A stretch of 32,000 nt of DNA from Sinorhizobium meliloti (GTDB lineage Bacteria > Pseudomonadota > Alphaproteobacteria > Rhizobiales > Rhizobiaceae), in assembly GCF_017876815.1 (NCBI RefSeq), contig NZ_JAGIOS010000002.1, positions 900,001 to 932,000 on the forward strand. Direction: 5' to 3'. Both the position numbers and the translations under genes were made by a program. Below, one piece after another: positions 23,257 through 31,630 of the stretch (position 1 is its first letter; each line of letters begins with the position of its first letter). The notes beneath the pieces were generated by a model that did no database searches, was not told the DNA's origin, and saw only the letters and a program-made list of their open reading frames with translations.

Positions 23257-24153
23257 TCACGAGAGCTTGCGGCTCGCTCCCATGAGAAACTCCTTCATTT
23301 TCGCGGCCGCCGGCGAGAGCATCGGTTGGCGGTATTGCAGAATGGAGATGTTGCGGCTGATGACCGGATCGACCAGCTCGACGATCCGGACGTCCACATT
23401 GGTCGTGAGCTGGCGGGAGTTTTCCGGAAGGATCGCGATACCCAGGCCCTCCGCCACCATGCTGATCGCCGTCGTCGAGAAACGCACCTCGTATCTCGTC
23501 TTGACCTCTACACCGGAGGCGATCAGCGCGCGGTCGACGAGCCCGCGCAGGGGATTGTCCTTTGCCAGTCCGATCAGGCCCTCGCCTGCAAGGCTTGCCC
23601 AGCTCACCTGCCGCGCCTTTGCGAATCTGTGGTCGGAGCGGCAAATCAAAGTGAGCTGGTCCCGCATCAGCACGCTGGCCTGGATCTCCGGATCGTCGGC
23701 AGAAACGGTGCCGATGCCGAGGTCCGCCTCGTTCCGCTTCAATGCGGAGCGGATCTCCTCCTCCGGCATGTCCCGCACCTGCACCGATATGTCGGGATAG
23801 CGCTTGACGAAGCGCGCGATGACCGGCGGCAGCAAGGTCGCAGCAAGCACGATTGCCGCCGCGATCGTGACCCGGCCGCGCTGCAGGCTCGCCAGTTCGT
23901 GCACATTCGCAACCGCTATCTCGAGGTCCGACATGACCTTGCGGGCCTGCGGCAAAAATTCCGCTCCGGCCGTCGTCAGGCTGACCATGCGTGTGTGCCG
24001 GTCGAACAGCCGATGCTTGAGGGCAACCTCCAGATCCTTGATCAGGATGCTGATCGCCGACTGCGTAAGTCCGAGGTGATCGGCTGCCAGATGGAAACGC
24101 CCGAGTTCGGCCACGGCAATGAAGGCCTGCAACTGGCGAAGTGTCACATTCAT
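23257..24153 (-). CDS. LysR-family transcriptional regulator
   Basis: N-terminal HTH LRQLQAFIAVAELGRFHLAADHLGLTQSAISILIKDLE, followed by a LysR substrate-binding-domain length and pattern (298 aa). Confidence 0.9.
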   Translation of the reverse strand: MNVTLRQLQAFIAVAELGRFHLAADHLGLTQSAISILIKDLEVALKHRLFDRHTRMVSLTTAGAEFLPQARKVMSDLEIAVANVHELASLQRGRVTIAAAIVLAATLLPPVIARFVKRYPDISVQVRDMPEEEIRSALKRNEADLGIGTVSADDPEIQASVLMRDQLTLICRSDHRFAKARQVSWASLAGEGLIGLAKDNPLRGLVDRALIASGVEVKTRYEVRFSTTAISMVAEGLGIAILPENSRQLTTNVDVRIVELVDPVISRNISILQYRQPMLSPAAAKMKEFLMGASRKLS

Positions 24154-24174
24154 CGGTACTTCTCTGTCTCGCGC

Positions 24175-24193
24175 CAGGCAGCAGCGCTGCCTG
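24175..24193. terminator. short GC hairpin downstream of the ABC ATPase gene (weak terminator candidate)
   Basis: CAGGCAGC-agc-GCTGCCTG: 8-bp stem, 3-nt loop, no U-tract. Confidence 0.3.
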
Positions 24194-24274
24194 TTCCCGT
24201 TCCGCTTGAGCCAAGTTCCCCTTTTTCGGGCGCAAAAACAATGGATGTACCCGCGATCGCCTTAGACCGGTTCC

Positions 24275-25801
24275 TCAAGCTGCCGATAGCGGAGATTTGC
24301 CGGCCATCAGCAGCCCGATCTCTTCCAGACGGCTGCGGTCGGGCGGAATCTCGCCGACGAGGCGGCCTTCATACATGACGAGGATGCGGTCGGAGAGCGT
24401 GAACAATTCCTCGAGCTCCGTGGATATCAGCAGAATGGCCTTGCCGGCGCTGCGCTGCTCGAGAATCTTGTGCATCACCAGCTCGGTCGCTCCGATGTCG
24501 ATACCGCGCGTAAGCTGATTGATCAGCAGGAAATCGAACCGGCGGTCCAACTCGCGCCCGACGACGAGCTTCTGCTGATTGCCGCCCGACAAATTCCGGA
24601 TGCGGTCGCCCGGTCCCGACGCCTTGACCTTGAAGCGGCGCATGAGATCACGGGTCTGCCTCGTGATCTCGTTCAGGTCGAGCAATCCACGAGACGAGAA
24701 GGGAGGCTTATCGAACCGCTGAAGGATCACATTCTCCGTCAGTGGCAGCGGCAGCACGATGCCCATCCTGTGGCGGTCCTCGGGGATATGCGCCATAGGC
24801 AATTGATTGATCTCGTAGGACGACAGGCCCGCCAGCTGGGTCCCGTCGAGCGTGACGCTGCCGGAGGCAACCGGAAGAAGCCCCGTCAGGGCCAGCGCCA
24901 GCTCGCTCTGGCCATTGCCGGAGACGCCTGCGATCCCGACTATTTCATTGGCCCTGACCTCGAAAGATACGTCTCGCAGCGCCGGAAGCCCGGCTTCGCC
25001 GTCGCAGCTGAGATGCTCGACCGACAGCACGACACGGCCGGGCTCGAGAGGTGCCCGCGGCAAATCCATCAGAACGTCTCTGCCGACCATCATGCGCGCC
25101 AGCTCGCGCGCGGTCGTCTCGGACGTTTTCACCGTACGGACGACCTTGGCATCGCGCATGACGCTGACGCGATCACTGACGCGCATCACCTCGTCCAGTT
25201 TGTGCGAAATGAAGATGACCGTCTTTCCGTCTGCGACGAGTTGGCGAAGCAGATGCAGGAGACGGTCGGTTTCCTGAGGCGTCAGGACCGCGGTCGGCTC
25301 GTCCAGGATCAGCAGTTCGATGCCGTGGTAGAGCACCTTCAAGATCTCGACCCGCTGCCGTTCGCCAACCGACAGGCTGGAGACGAGCGCGTCGGGCGCG
25401 ACGTCGAGACCGTAGCGGTCGCTGAGCTCCAGAATGCGCGCATGTACCGCCCTCATGTCGCGGATCATGCTGAAGGGCGAGCCCTGTCCTAGCACGTAGT
25501 TTTCCGCGACCGTGAGGTTGGGGACCAGCATGAAGTGCTGGTGGACCATGCCGATCCGATGTTTGATGGCTTCGCGGGGGGAGCCTAGCTTGAGTGGCCG
25601 TCCCTTGAAGACGATCTGCCCTTCATTGGGCGAGAGAACACCGCAAAGAATGCTCATCAGAACGGTCTTGCCGGCGCCGTTTTCGCCAAGCAGCGCGTGA
25701 ATCTCGTTCTCCTCGACGTCGAGGGTCACGCCTGCGCTGACGATGAGCGGTCCGAATCGTTTATGGATTCCATCCATCAAAAGCAGTTGTTTGCCCGCCA
25801 T
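24275..25801 (-). CDS. two-domain ABC ATPase of the sugar/nucleoside (CUT2/BMP-associated) type
   Basis: 508 aa. Walker A GENGAGKT, degenerate second P-loop GVSGNGQS, and LSVGERQRVEILK / LSGGNQQKLVVGR signature motifs. Confidence 0.9.
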   Translation of the reverse strand: MAGKQLLLMDGIHKRFGPLIVSAGVTLDVEENEIHALLGENGAGKTVLMSILCGVLSPNEGQIVFKGRPLKLGSPREAIKHRIGMVHQHFMLVPNLTVAENYVLGQGSPFSMIRDMRAVHARILELSDRYGLDVAPDALVSSLSVGERQRVEILKVLYHGIELLILDEPTAVLTPQETDRLLHLLRQLVADGKTVIFISHKLDEVMRVSDRVSVMRDAKVVRTVKTSETTARELARMMVGRDVLMDLPRAPLEPGRVVLSVEHLSCDGEAGLPALRDVSFEVRANEIVGIAGVSGNGQSELALALTGLLPVASGSVTLDGTQLAGLSSYEINQLPMAHIPEDRHRMGIVLPLPLTENVILQRFDKPPFSSRGLLDLNEITRQTRDLMRRFKVKASGPGDRIRNLSGGNQQKLVVGRELDRRFDFLLINQLTRGIDIGATELVMHKILEQRSAGKAILLISTELEELFTLSDRILVMYEGRLVGEIPPDRSRLEEIGLLMAGKSPLSAA

Positions 25802-25810
25802 TTCTCCCCC

Positions 25811-26743
25811 TCAGCTTTTCTTGTAGGCGACGCCGAGCATGCTCGGTGTGTCGACCCGGTTTCGGACAAGTATCAGCGCCGCGATCGTCATGACGTAGGG
25901 CAGAGCCTGGAAGAGCTGATAAGGGAGGAAGAGCACCGGCTGCGCCTGCAATTGCAGCTGCAGCGCATAGAACACCCCGAAGAGCAGCGAGACGATGAAG
26001 GCGCCGATGGGCGACCATCTCGCAAAGACGACCACGGCAAGGGCGATGAAGCCGCGGCCCGAGGAAATGCCTTCGACGAACTGGTTGGAGTGGGCGAGCG
26101 TCAGGAAGGCGCCGCCGAGCGCCGCGAGCGCCGAGCAGATAAGCACCGCGCCGTAGCGGTAGAGCGCCACGCTGCGGCCCGAAACGTCGACAGCCTTGGG
26201 ATGCTCGCCGACGGCGCGAAGCGTCAGTCCGAACGACGTCCTGTAGAGCACGAAGACGGCAAGCGCGGCCACCGGTAGCGTGCTGTAGACAAAGGCGTTC
26301 TGCCGGAAGAACGCTTCGCCGAAGAACGGCAGATCGCTCAGCCACGGCAGATCGACAGGCTTGGCGATTTCGATGCCCTTGCCGGCCGAGGAAAAATAGG
26401 CGCGGAACAGAAAGGCCGTCAGGCCGAGGCCGAGCAGGTTGATGGCGGCGCCCACCACGATCTGGTCCGCCTTGATCGTGATGGTGAAGAACGCAAACAA
26501 CAGGCCGACGAGAACACCTGCCGCGACCGCCGCGGCGACACCGACCAGGATGCTTCCGCTGGTGAAGGCGGCGGCGAAACCCGCAAAGGCACCCGCAAGC
26601 ATCACGCCTTCGAGGCCGATATTGAGGACACCGGCGCGCTCGGAAAACACTTCGCCGATCGATGCGAACATCAGCGGCGCTGCCAGCCGCCATGAGGCTG
26701 CAATGGTCGCGGCGAGAAAGCTCAGGCTAGCTACATCTTCCAT
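25811..26743 (-). CDS. ABC transporter permease (BMP/nucleoside-type, second permease)
   Basis: Start taken at MEDVASLSFLAATIAASWRLAAPLMFASIGEVFSERAGVLNIGLEG (ATG 26743). The 659-aa track ORF is this gene plus an out-of-frame run through the upstream permease. Confidence 0.85.
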   Translation of the reverse strand: MEDVASLSFLAATIAASWRLAAPLMFASIGEVFSERAGVLNIGLEGVMLAGAFAGFAAAFTSGSILVGVAAAVAAGVLVGLLFAFFTITIKADQIVVGAAINLLGLGLTAFLFRAYFSSAGKGIEIAKPVDLPWLSDLPFFGEAFFRQNAFVYSTLPVAALAVFVLYRTSFGLTLRAVGEHPKAVDVSGRSVALYRYGAVLICSALAALGGAFLTLAHSNQFVEGISSGRGFIALAVVVFARWSPIGAFIVSLLFGVFYALQLQLQAQPVLFLPYQLFQALPYVMTIAALILVRNRVDTPSMLGVAYKKS

Positions 26744-26751
26744 GGGTCCAC

Positions 26752-27849
26752 CTATTCGGAAGGGCGCATCGACGGGATCCGCAACACGGCAAATCCCACG
26801 ACCGAGAGAATGACGATGCCCTGAATCACGAGCACGAGAACCTGAGGCACCTGTGCCGTGATCTGCATGAGCTCGGAGCCGCTTCGCAGAATTGCAAACA
26901 AGAGGCCGGAGAAGACCGCTCCGATCGGATTGTTGTTTGCGAGAAGAGCGACCGCGATGCCTTCGAAGCCATAGCCCGGAGAGATCGACTGAAAGAGCCG
27001 CCGGGTGACGCCGGCGATCTCGAAGGCCCCTGCGAGCCCGGCCATGCTGCCGCTCAGGCAGATCGACAGCATGATGTTCCTGGGAACGCTGATCCCGGCA
27101 TAGCGCGCGGCGTCCGGGCTGATGCCGACCACCCTCAGCGCATAGCCCCGGGTGCTGCGGAACAGAAAGATGTACATCACGACGGCCAGCGCCAGGGCGA
27201 CGAGGATGCCGATATGGAGGCGGGTCGGCGGCAGGATGCGCGGCATCCATGCCTCCTGGACCAGCCGGGCCGACTGCGGATAGGCCGCAGCCGCATCCCG
27301 CAGCGGGCCGGTCACGAGATAGCTCGTCATGATAATGGCGATGTAATTCAGCATGATCGTCGTCACGATCTCGCTGGCCCGGAAATAGACCTTCAGAAGT
27401 CCGGCGATCGCCGCCCATGCCGCACCTGCAAGAGCGCCTGCAATCATGACCAGCGGGACGTAGATCCACGCGGTCAACCCGTCGAAGGAAACGCCGACGG
27501 CGGTTGCGGCGATGGCGCCGGCATAGAATTGCCCCTCGGCGCCGATGTTCCAGATGCTGCAGCGGAAGGCGACGCAAAGGCCGACGCCGATCAGGATCAG
27601 CGGCGTTGCTTTCAGGAGAATTTCGGCGATCGAGCGGGTGTCCTGGAAGACGCCAAGCACCATCACATCGATCACGGCGCGTGCTTCGTAACCGTTGAAG
27701 GCAAGGAGCGCCGCGCCGCATGCGAGAGCCAGAACAACAGCGGCGGCCGGCTGGATAATCGTGCGTAAAGGACCGAGCAGGCCTCGCCAAAGGGCGCCAT
27801 AGGCCTGGGGGACGACCGCCAGCGGCTGTCCACTTTCACTGTTTGCCAT
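26752..27849 (-). CDS. ABC transporter permease (BMP/nucleoside-type, first permease)
   Basis: 365 aa, polytopic. CSIWNIGAEGQFYAGAIAA block is typical of this permease family. Confidence 0.85.
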   Translation of the reverse strand: MANSESGQPLAVVPQAYGALWRGLLGPLRTIIQPAAAVVLALACGAALLAFNGYEARAVIDVMVLGVFQDTRSIAEILLKATPLILIGVGLCVAFRCSIWNIGAEGQFYAGAIAATAVGVSFDGLTAWIYVPLVMIAGALAGAAWAAIAGLLKVYFRASEIVTTIMLNYIAIIMTSYLVTGPLRDAAAAYPQSARLVQEAWMPRILPPTRLHIGILVALALAVVMYIFLFRSTRGYALRVVGISPDAARYAGISVPRNIMLSICLSGSMAGLAGAFEIAGVTRRLFQSISPGYGFEGIAVALLANNNPIGAVFSGLLFAILRSGSELMQITAQVPQVLVLVIQGIVILSVVGFAVLRIPSMRPSE

Positions 27850-27925
27850 GAGTTTGCTGCCTTCGGATTAGGAAAAGCCTGAAGCTTTCCATCGAACAAT
27901 CGATCGAAGCGGTTATCGTGGCAGA

Positions 27926-27981
27926 ATGGGGCACACGCCGAACGGCGCCGGTCCGGCCCAACCTATCGGGCAGTGCCCCAT
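27926..27981 (-). other. intercistronic stem-loop between the SBP and permease genes
   Basis: ATGGGGCAC (27926-27934) pairs with GTGCCCCAT (27973-27981), with an inner GCCGG-A-CCGGC palindrome. Lies in a 152-nt SBP-permease spacer. Confidence 0.45.
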
Positions 27982-28001
27982 CCTTCTCGCGCCTGCGGTC
28001 G

Positions 28002-28985
28002 TTATTTCTGCCGGGTCTTGATTTCTCCGGCGGCGATCTTGCCCTTCACCTCATCGACGTATTTGCGCACGTCCTCCGTCACGGGATTTGCAGCCTGATC
28101 ATTGTAGGTGAACTTCATGACGTCGGCATCTTTCAGGCCGAACTCGACATTGGTCGTCGGCTTTTTGCCGTTCCTGATGTCTCCGACGATGCGGATGACG
28201 CCCCGGGCATAGTCGGCGACGTAAAGCCCGAGGATGTTCTTGGGAGCGACCGAGGTGTAGTCGCTGAAGATGCTGAAGGTCTTGACGTCGGCACCGGATT
28301 CCGCGGCGGCCTGGAAACCGCCCACCGTCGCCCCTGAAGCATTCGGCAGCACGAAGTCGGCCCCTTGCGAGATCAGGCTGAGGCTCGCCTCCTTGGTCGC
28401 GGTCGCATCGGTGAAGTTGCCGATATAGACCTCGCTGACGGGGAAGTCCGGCGCGACGCTTCGCACACCGTTGGTGAAGCCCTCGAAGGCCTCCTTGATC
28501 GGCGGGATCTCCATCCCTCCGACGAGACCCGCCTTCTTGCCCGTCTTGGCCGCGATCACGCCCATCAGGTAGAAGGGCTGGCTCGTATCCGTGTTGAGGC
28601 CGATGACATTTCCCTCGAATATATAGCTCGAGGAAATGAGAAAGACCGTATCGGGATATTCCGGCGCGACCTCGAGAGCGGCATCCTGAAACTCGAAGCC
28701 GTGCCCGAGAATGACGTTGTAGCCCTGGCTGGCGAAGTCACGGAAGGCTTTCTCGAAGGATGCCGGGTTCTGCTGCAGCTCGACATAGCTGACCTCGGCA
28801 CCAAGTTCCGCCTCCACGCCCTTGAGTGCGTTGAAGCCTATCCTGTTCCATCCTTCTTCCGAAACACTGCCGGGAACCAGCAGTCCCATCTTGAACGGTG
28901 AGCCCTCGGCGAAAGCCGGCCCCGCGGCAATGAGCGCGGCCATTGCAACCGCCGACCCCAAACAGCCTCTTCTGGTAATCATCAT
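28002..28985 (-). CDS. BMP-family (PnrA/Med-like) ABC transporter substrate-binding protein
   Basis: Signal peptide MMITRRGCLGSAVAMAALIAAGPAFA/EG. Blocks KMGLLVPGSVSEEGWN and QGYNVILGHGFEF are typical of purine-nucleoside/BMP receptors. Confidence 0.85.
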   Translation of the reverse strand: MMITRRGCLGSAVAMAALIAAGPAFAEGSPFKMGLLVPGSVSEEGWNRIGFNALKGVEAELGAEVSYVELQQNPASFEKAFRDFASQGYNVILGHGFEFQDAALEVAPEYPDTVFLISSSYIFEGNVIGLNTDTSQPFYLMGVIAAKTGKKAGLVGGMEIPPIKEAFEGFTNGVRSVAPDFPVSEVYIGNFTDATATKEASLSLISQGADFVLPNASGATVGGFQAAAESGADVKTFSIFSDYTSVAPKNILGLYVADYARGVIRIVGDIRNGKKPTTNVEFGLKDADVMKFTYNDQAANPVTEDVRKYVDEVKGKIAAGEIKTRQK

Positions 28986-29037
28986 GATGCTCCTCCCTTC
29001 CTCTCCTCATCATGCCCGTCCGACGGCTTGCTGCCGT

Positions 29038-30333
29038 TCAGGGGACATCTTCCAATGCGCGTATGGCCTCCACGGCAGGCGATGCGGGTGCTGCGACCGG
29101 CCGGCCTTTCGCGAGCACCTGGATGCAGTCGGGACCCCCGCCGACGAGAGCGCTGACATCCTCGCAATCGGTGACGACAAGGTCCGCCCAGGTGCCCTCG
29201 CGGATGCCGTAGTCGGTCAGATTCATCATGCGTGCCGGTATTGCGGTGATCATGTCATAGGCGGTGGCGAGCTCGTCGCCCCGCAGATGCCCGGCAAGCA
29301 GCGTCCAGCGCGCGATCTCGAGCATGTCGCCCGAGCCGGTCGGCACGAACGGGTCCTGGATATTGTCGGATGCGGTCGCGATGGCCACCCCCGCGCGGAT
29401 CAGTTCGGCGACACGCGTCAGACCGCGGGGCGGCAACATGTCGTGGCTGCGGCCTTGCAGGTAGAGATTGGCCGCAGGCAGTGTCACGACCGCGATGTCG
29501 AGATCGATCATCTGGTCGCGTATGCGCTCGAATTCCTTCCTCGGCAGCGCGCTCAGGACGGATGCGTGACCGAGGACGGTGCGCCCCTGCAGGCCAAATC
29601 TCCGGACCCGCTCGAACACGGCGTCGAAAAGCGGCCGTTCGGGGTTCAGGTGTTCGTCGAGATGCAGATCGATGGGTCGGCCATGCCGCTCGGCCGCGGC
29701 GAAGAGGATGTCGAGATACCGCATCGGGTCCTCGGCGACCGCCGGGGTGCCCCCGACCGCGTCGGCCTGTTCGACCGCGGCATCGATGTTCTTCTCCAGC
29801 CATTCGATATCCTGATTGGGATGCGGCGTCATGAAAGCGACGAGCTGCAGCGTCAGCCGGTCCGCCCATTCGGATCTCAGCCGGGCCAAGGCGTTGATGC
29901 CGTTGAAGCCGGCATCCTTGTCGACATTGATGTGGCTGCGTATCGCCGTGGTGCCGCGGGCAAGGCAGCGTTCCATTGTCCGCGCCGCACGTCGCGTCAC
30001 GTCGTCTTCCGGCGCCTGGCGGGCATATCTGGCGAATGCCTCCCGCGCTCCCTGCAAGGTTCCCGAGGGATTGGGCGTGAATTTGAGGACACCTGTCTTG
30101 TCCAGATGCTGGTGGACGTCGACGAAGCCCGGCGAGACGAGCGCGCCGCGGAGATCGACGCCGATCACATCCGGGCCCACTTCCAGGCGATGGCCGATGC
30201 TGGCGATGCGCCCGTCTTCCCCGACGAGGATATCGCGTTCATCGGCTGCCGCGGCTTCGCCGGCAATCCGGCAGCCACGCAGGAGAAGTGCACGGCGGGC
30301 GCCGCCATGACGGGTTCCGAGAACCGTATGCAT
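29038..30333 (-). CDS. cytosine-deaminase-like amidohydrolase (CodA family; true substrate unknown)
   Basis: Metal-binding HxH in PGFVDVHQHLDKT. Collinear with E. coli CodA blocks as I recall them (SGTL..., IRSHINVD, LQLVAF, IDLHLDE, ANLYLQGR). ATG 30333 is preceded by GGAG (spacing 7). The track start at 30351 has no usable RBS. Confidence 0.8.
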   Translation of the reverse strand: MHTVLGTRHGGARRALLLRGCRIAGEAAAADERDILVGEDGRIASIGHRLEVGPDVIGVDLRGALVSPGFVDVHQHLDKTGVLKFTPNPSGTLQGAREAFARYARQAPEDDVTRRAARTMERCLARGTTAIRSHINVDKDAGFNGINALARLRSEWADRLTLQLVAFMTPHPNQDIEWLEKNIDAAVEQADAVGGTPAVAEDPMRYLDILFAAAERHGRPIDLHLDEHLNPERPLFDAVFERVRRFGLQGRTVLGHASVLSALPRKEFERIRDQMIDLDIAVVTLPAANLYLQGRSHDMLPPRGLTRVAELIRAGVAIATASDNIQDPFVPTGSGDMLEIARWTLLAGHLRGDELATAYDMITAIPARMMNLTDYGIREGTWADLVVTDCEDVSALVGGGPDCIQVLAKGRPVAAPASPAVEAIRALEDVP

Positions 30334-30359
30334 CGAGTGACTCCATTCCATTCCGTCTG

Positions 30360-30790
30360 ACCCGTTCCGTCTGGGTCATTCCATCTGGATGGAGACTAAG
30401 AAGCGACGATTATTGAGGCAATTTCATAATAGATATATATTGTTTCGGTTTTCTCATGAATGTTCCCACGGCACCGCATCCGTCAGTGCAGTGCACGATA
30501 TCAAAAGGAACGATATAATATATTATCACGCGTCAGTGTTTTTATCCGCCAAGAAAATCGTATTATCGGCTACCAAGCATGTGTTTTTGCGGAGATTCGA
30601 TCCGCAGAAATTCCGGAAGTGATTTCATTTCAGCAAATTTGTGTATGGTGACGCGCCAGGAACCGCGACCAAGTCATGCAATTATCAAAGAGAATACTTT
30701 TAAGGCATACATTTACGCGTTTAGCGGCGCGATAATACATAACGTTGACATCCAGGCACTCAAGTATAGATTGTTGACAATCTAATCTGG
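30360..30790. other. AT-rich divergent control region with no convincing coding potential
   Basis: Hand count over 30421-30780 gives 147 G+C out of 360 (about 41%). An adjacent coding line (30241-30300) counts 44/60. Contains the AT-only palindrome ATAATATATTAT (30515-30526), the motif TATTATC(A/G) in both orientations, and the GTGCA-G-TGCAC palindrome. Confidence 0.8.
30745..30783 (+). promoter_or_regulatory. promoter (TTGACA-N16-TAGATT) overlapped by a 7-2-7 palindromic GntR-type operator
   Basis: TTGACA 30745-30750 and TAGATT 30767-30772. The palindrome AGATTGT-TG-ACAATCT (30768-30783) ends 17 nt before ATG 30801. Confidence 0.55.
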
Positions 30791-30800
30791 AGTGTTTCGG

Positions 30801-31580
30801 ATGGCCGCGTCGCCCTTTTTCAGGAGTGCAAGATACCGTCCCCCTGCCGGGGCCGCGATGAGCGGGCCGGAGGCCGAGCAACGTGTCGTCCAGGTCATCG
30901 TCGAGGCGATAATGCATCATCGGGTGGCCCCCGGCGCCAGACTGATCGAGCGCGAGCTGGCGATCGCCTCCGGCGCCAGCAGGTCGGCCATACGCAACGG
31001 GCTCATGCGGCTGGCGCATGCGGGGCTGGTGGAACTCAGCCCCAACAAGGGAGCGTCCATCGCCATGTGTTCGCCCGACGAAGCGCGGCAGATATTCGAC
31101 GCGCGCATCGTGATCGAGACGGCGACGGTCGAGAAGCTCGCCGGCACGATCGGCGAGACGGAGCGTGCGCGCCTGCGGTCGTTCGTGGAGGACGAACGCA
31201 ACGCCTATGAAGAGGGCCGCATGGAAGAAGCCCGGCATCTGTCCCGGCGGTTCCATCTGCTTCTGGCGGAAATGGCCGGCAACGACGTGCTGACGGGGGT
31301 GATACGCGATCTCATCAACCGCCAGCCGCTGCTCTCCTGGTCGAGGCCGGATACCGAGCCGCGATTCTGCGGCAATCACGCGCATTCCGAGATCGTCGAA
31401 GCGATAGCGAGCGGAGACGGCGAAAGGGCCGCCCGCCTCAATATGGAGCACCTTCGGGCCTTGGAACGTGAACTGGTGGCCGATCGCGCCGCGGCCATGC
31501 AGGCGTTTCGCTCCGTTCAGGCCAACGCCGCGTCCGGCGAAAGCGCACAACGGGAGGATGGTGACGCCGGTATCGATTGA
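30801..31580 (+). CDS. GntR-family transcriptional regulator (FCD subfamily)
   Basis: HTH block LIERELAIASGASRSAIRNGLMRLAHAGLVELSPNKGASI plus an FCD-like C-terminus. ATG 30801 is preceded by GGAG (spacing 8). GTG 30792 and ATG 30858 are alternatives. Confidence 0.8.
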   Translation: MAASPFFRSARYRPPAGAAMSGPEAEQRVVQVIVEAIMHHRVAPGARLIERELAIASGASRSAIRNGLMRLAHAGLVELSPNKGASIAMCSPDEARQIFDARIVIETATVEKLAGTIGETERARLRSFVEDERNAYEEGRMEEARHLSRRFHLLLAEMAGNDVLTGVIRDLINRQPLLSWSRPDTEPRFCGNHAHSEIVEAIASGDGERAARLNMEHLRALERELVADRAAAMQAFRSVQANAASGESAQREDGDAGID

Positions 31581-31587
31581 ATCAAGT

Positions 31588-31616
31588 GCGGAACGCGGCG
31601 GCGTACCGCTGTTTTT
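31588..31616 (+). terminator. rho-independent terminator / attenuator-like hairpin with a U-tract
   Basis: GCGGAACGC-ggcg-GCGTACCGC (9-bp stem, one A-A mismatch) followed by TGTTTTT. It ends directly at the RBS GGGAGGAGG of the next gene. Confidence 0.55.
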
Positions 31617-31630
31617 GGGAGGAGGAATGC

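Noticed and set aside
26744-27790. N-terminal 349 codons of the 659-aa ORF 25811..27790
   Set aside because: This part overlaps the first permease (26752..27849) in another frame and is Arg-rich nonsense. The real second permease starts at ATG 26743 (MEDVASLSF...).
28822-30360. 512-aa ORF on the + strand opposite the amidohydrolase and the SBP 5' end
   Set aside because: Antisense artefact. It spans two real genes and their intergenic gap.
30389-30785. Three overlapping small ORFs (77, 63 and 68 aa) in the AT-rich spacer
   Set aside because: None has an RBS. Their codon usage and composition are unlike the surrounding genes, and they overlap each other in different frames. The region is treated as non-coding pending transcript data.
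30630-31550. 306-aa ORF antisense to the third gntR gene
   Set aside because: Antisense artefact. The + strand has a clear GntR winged-helix block and an RBS.
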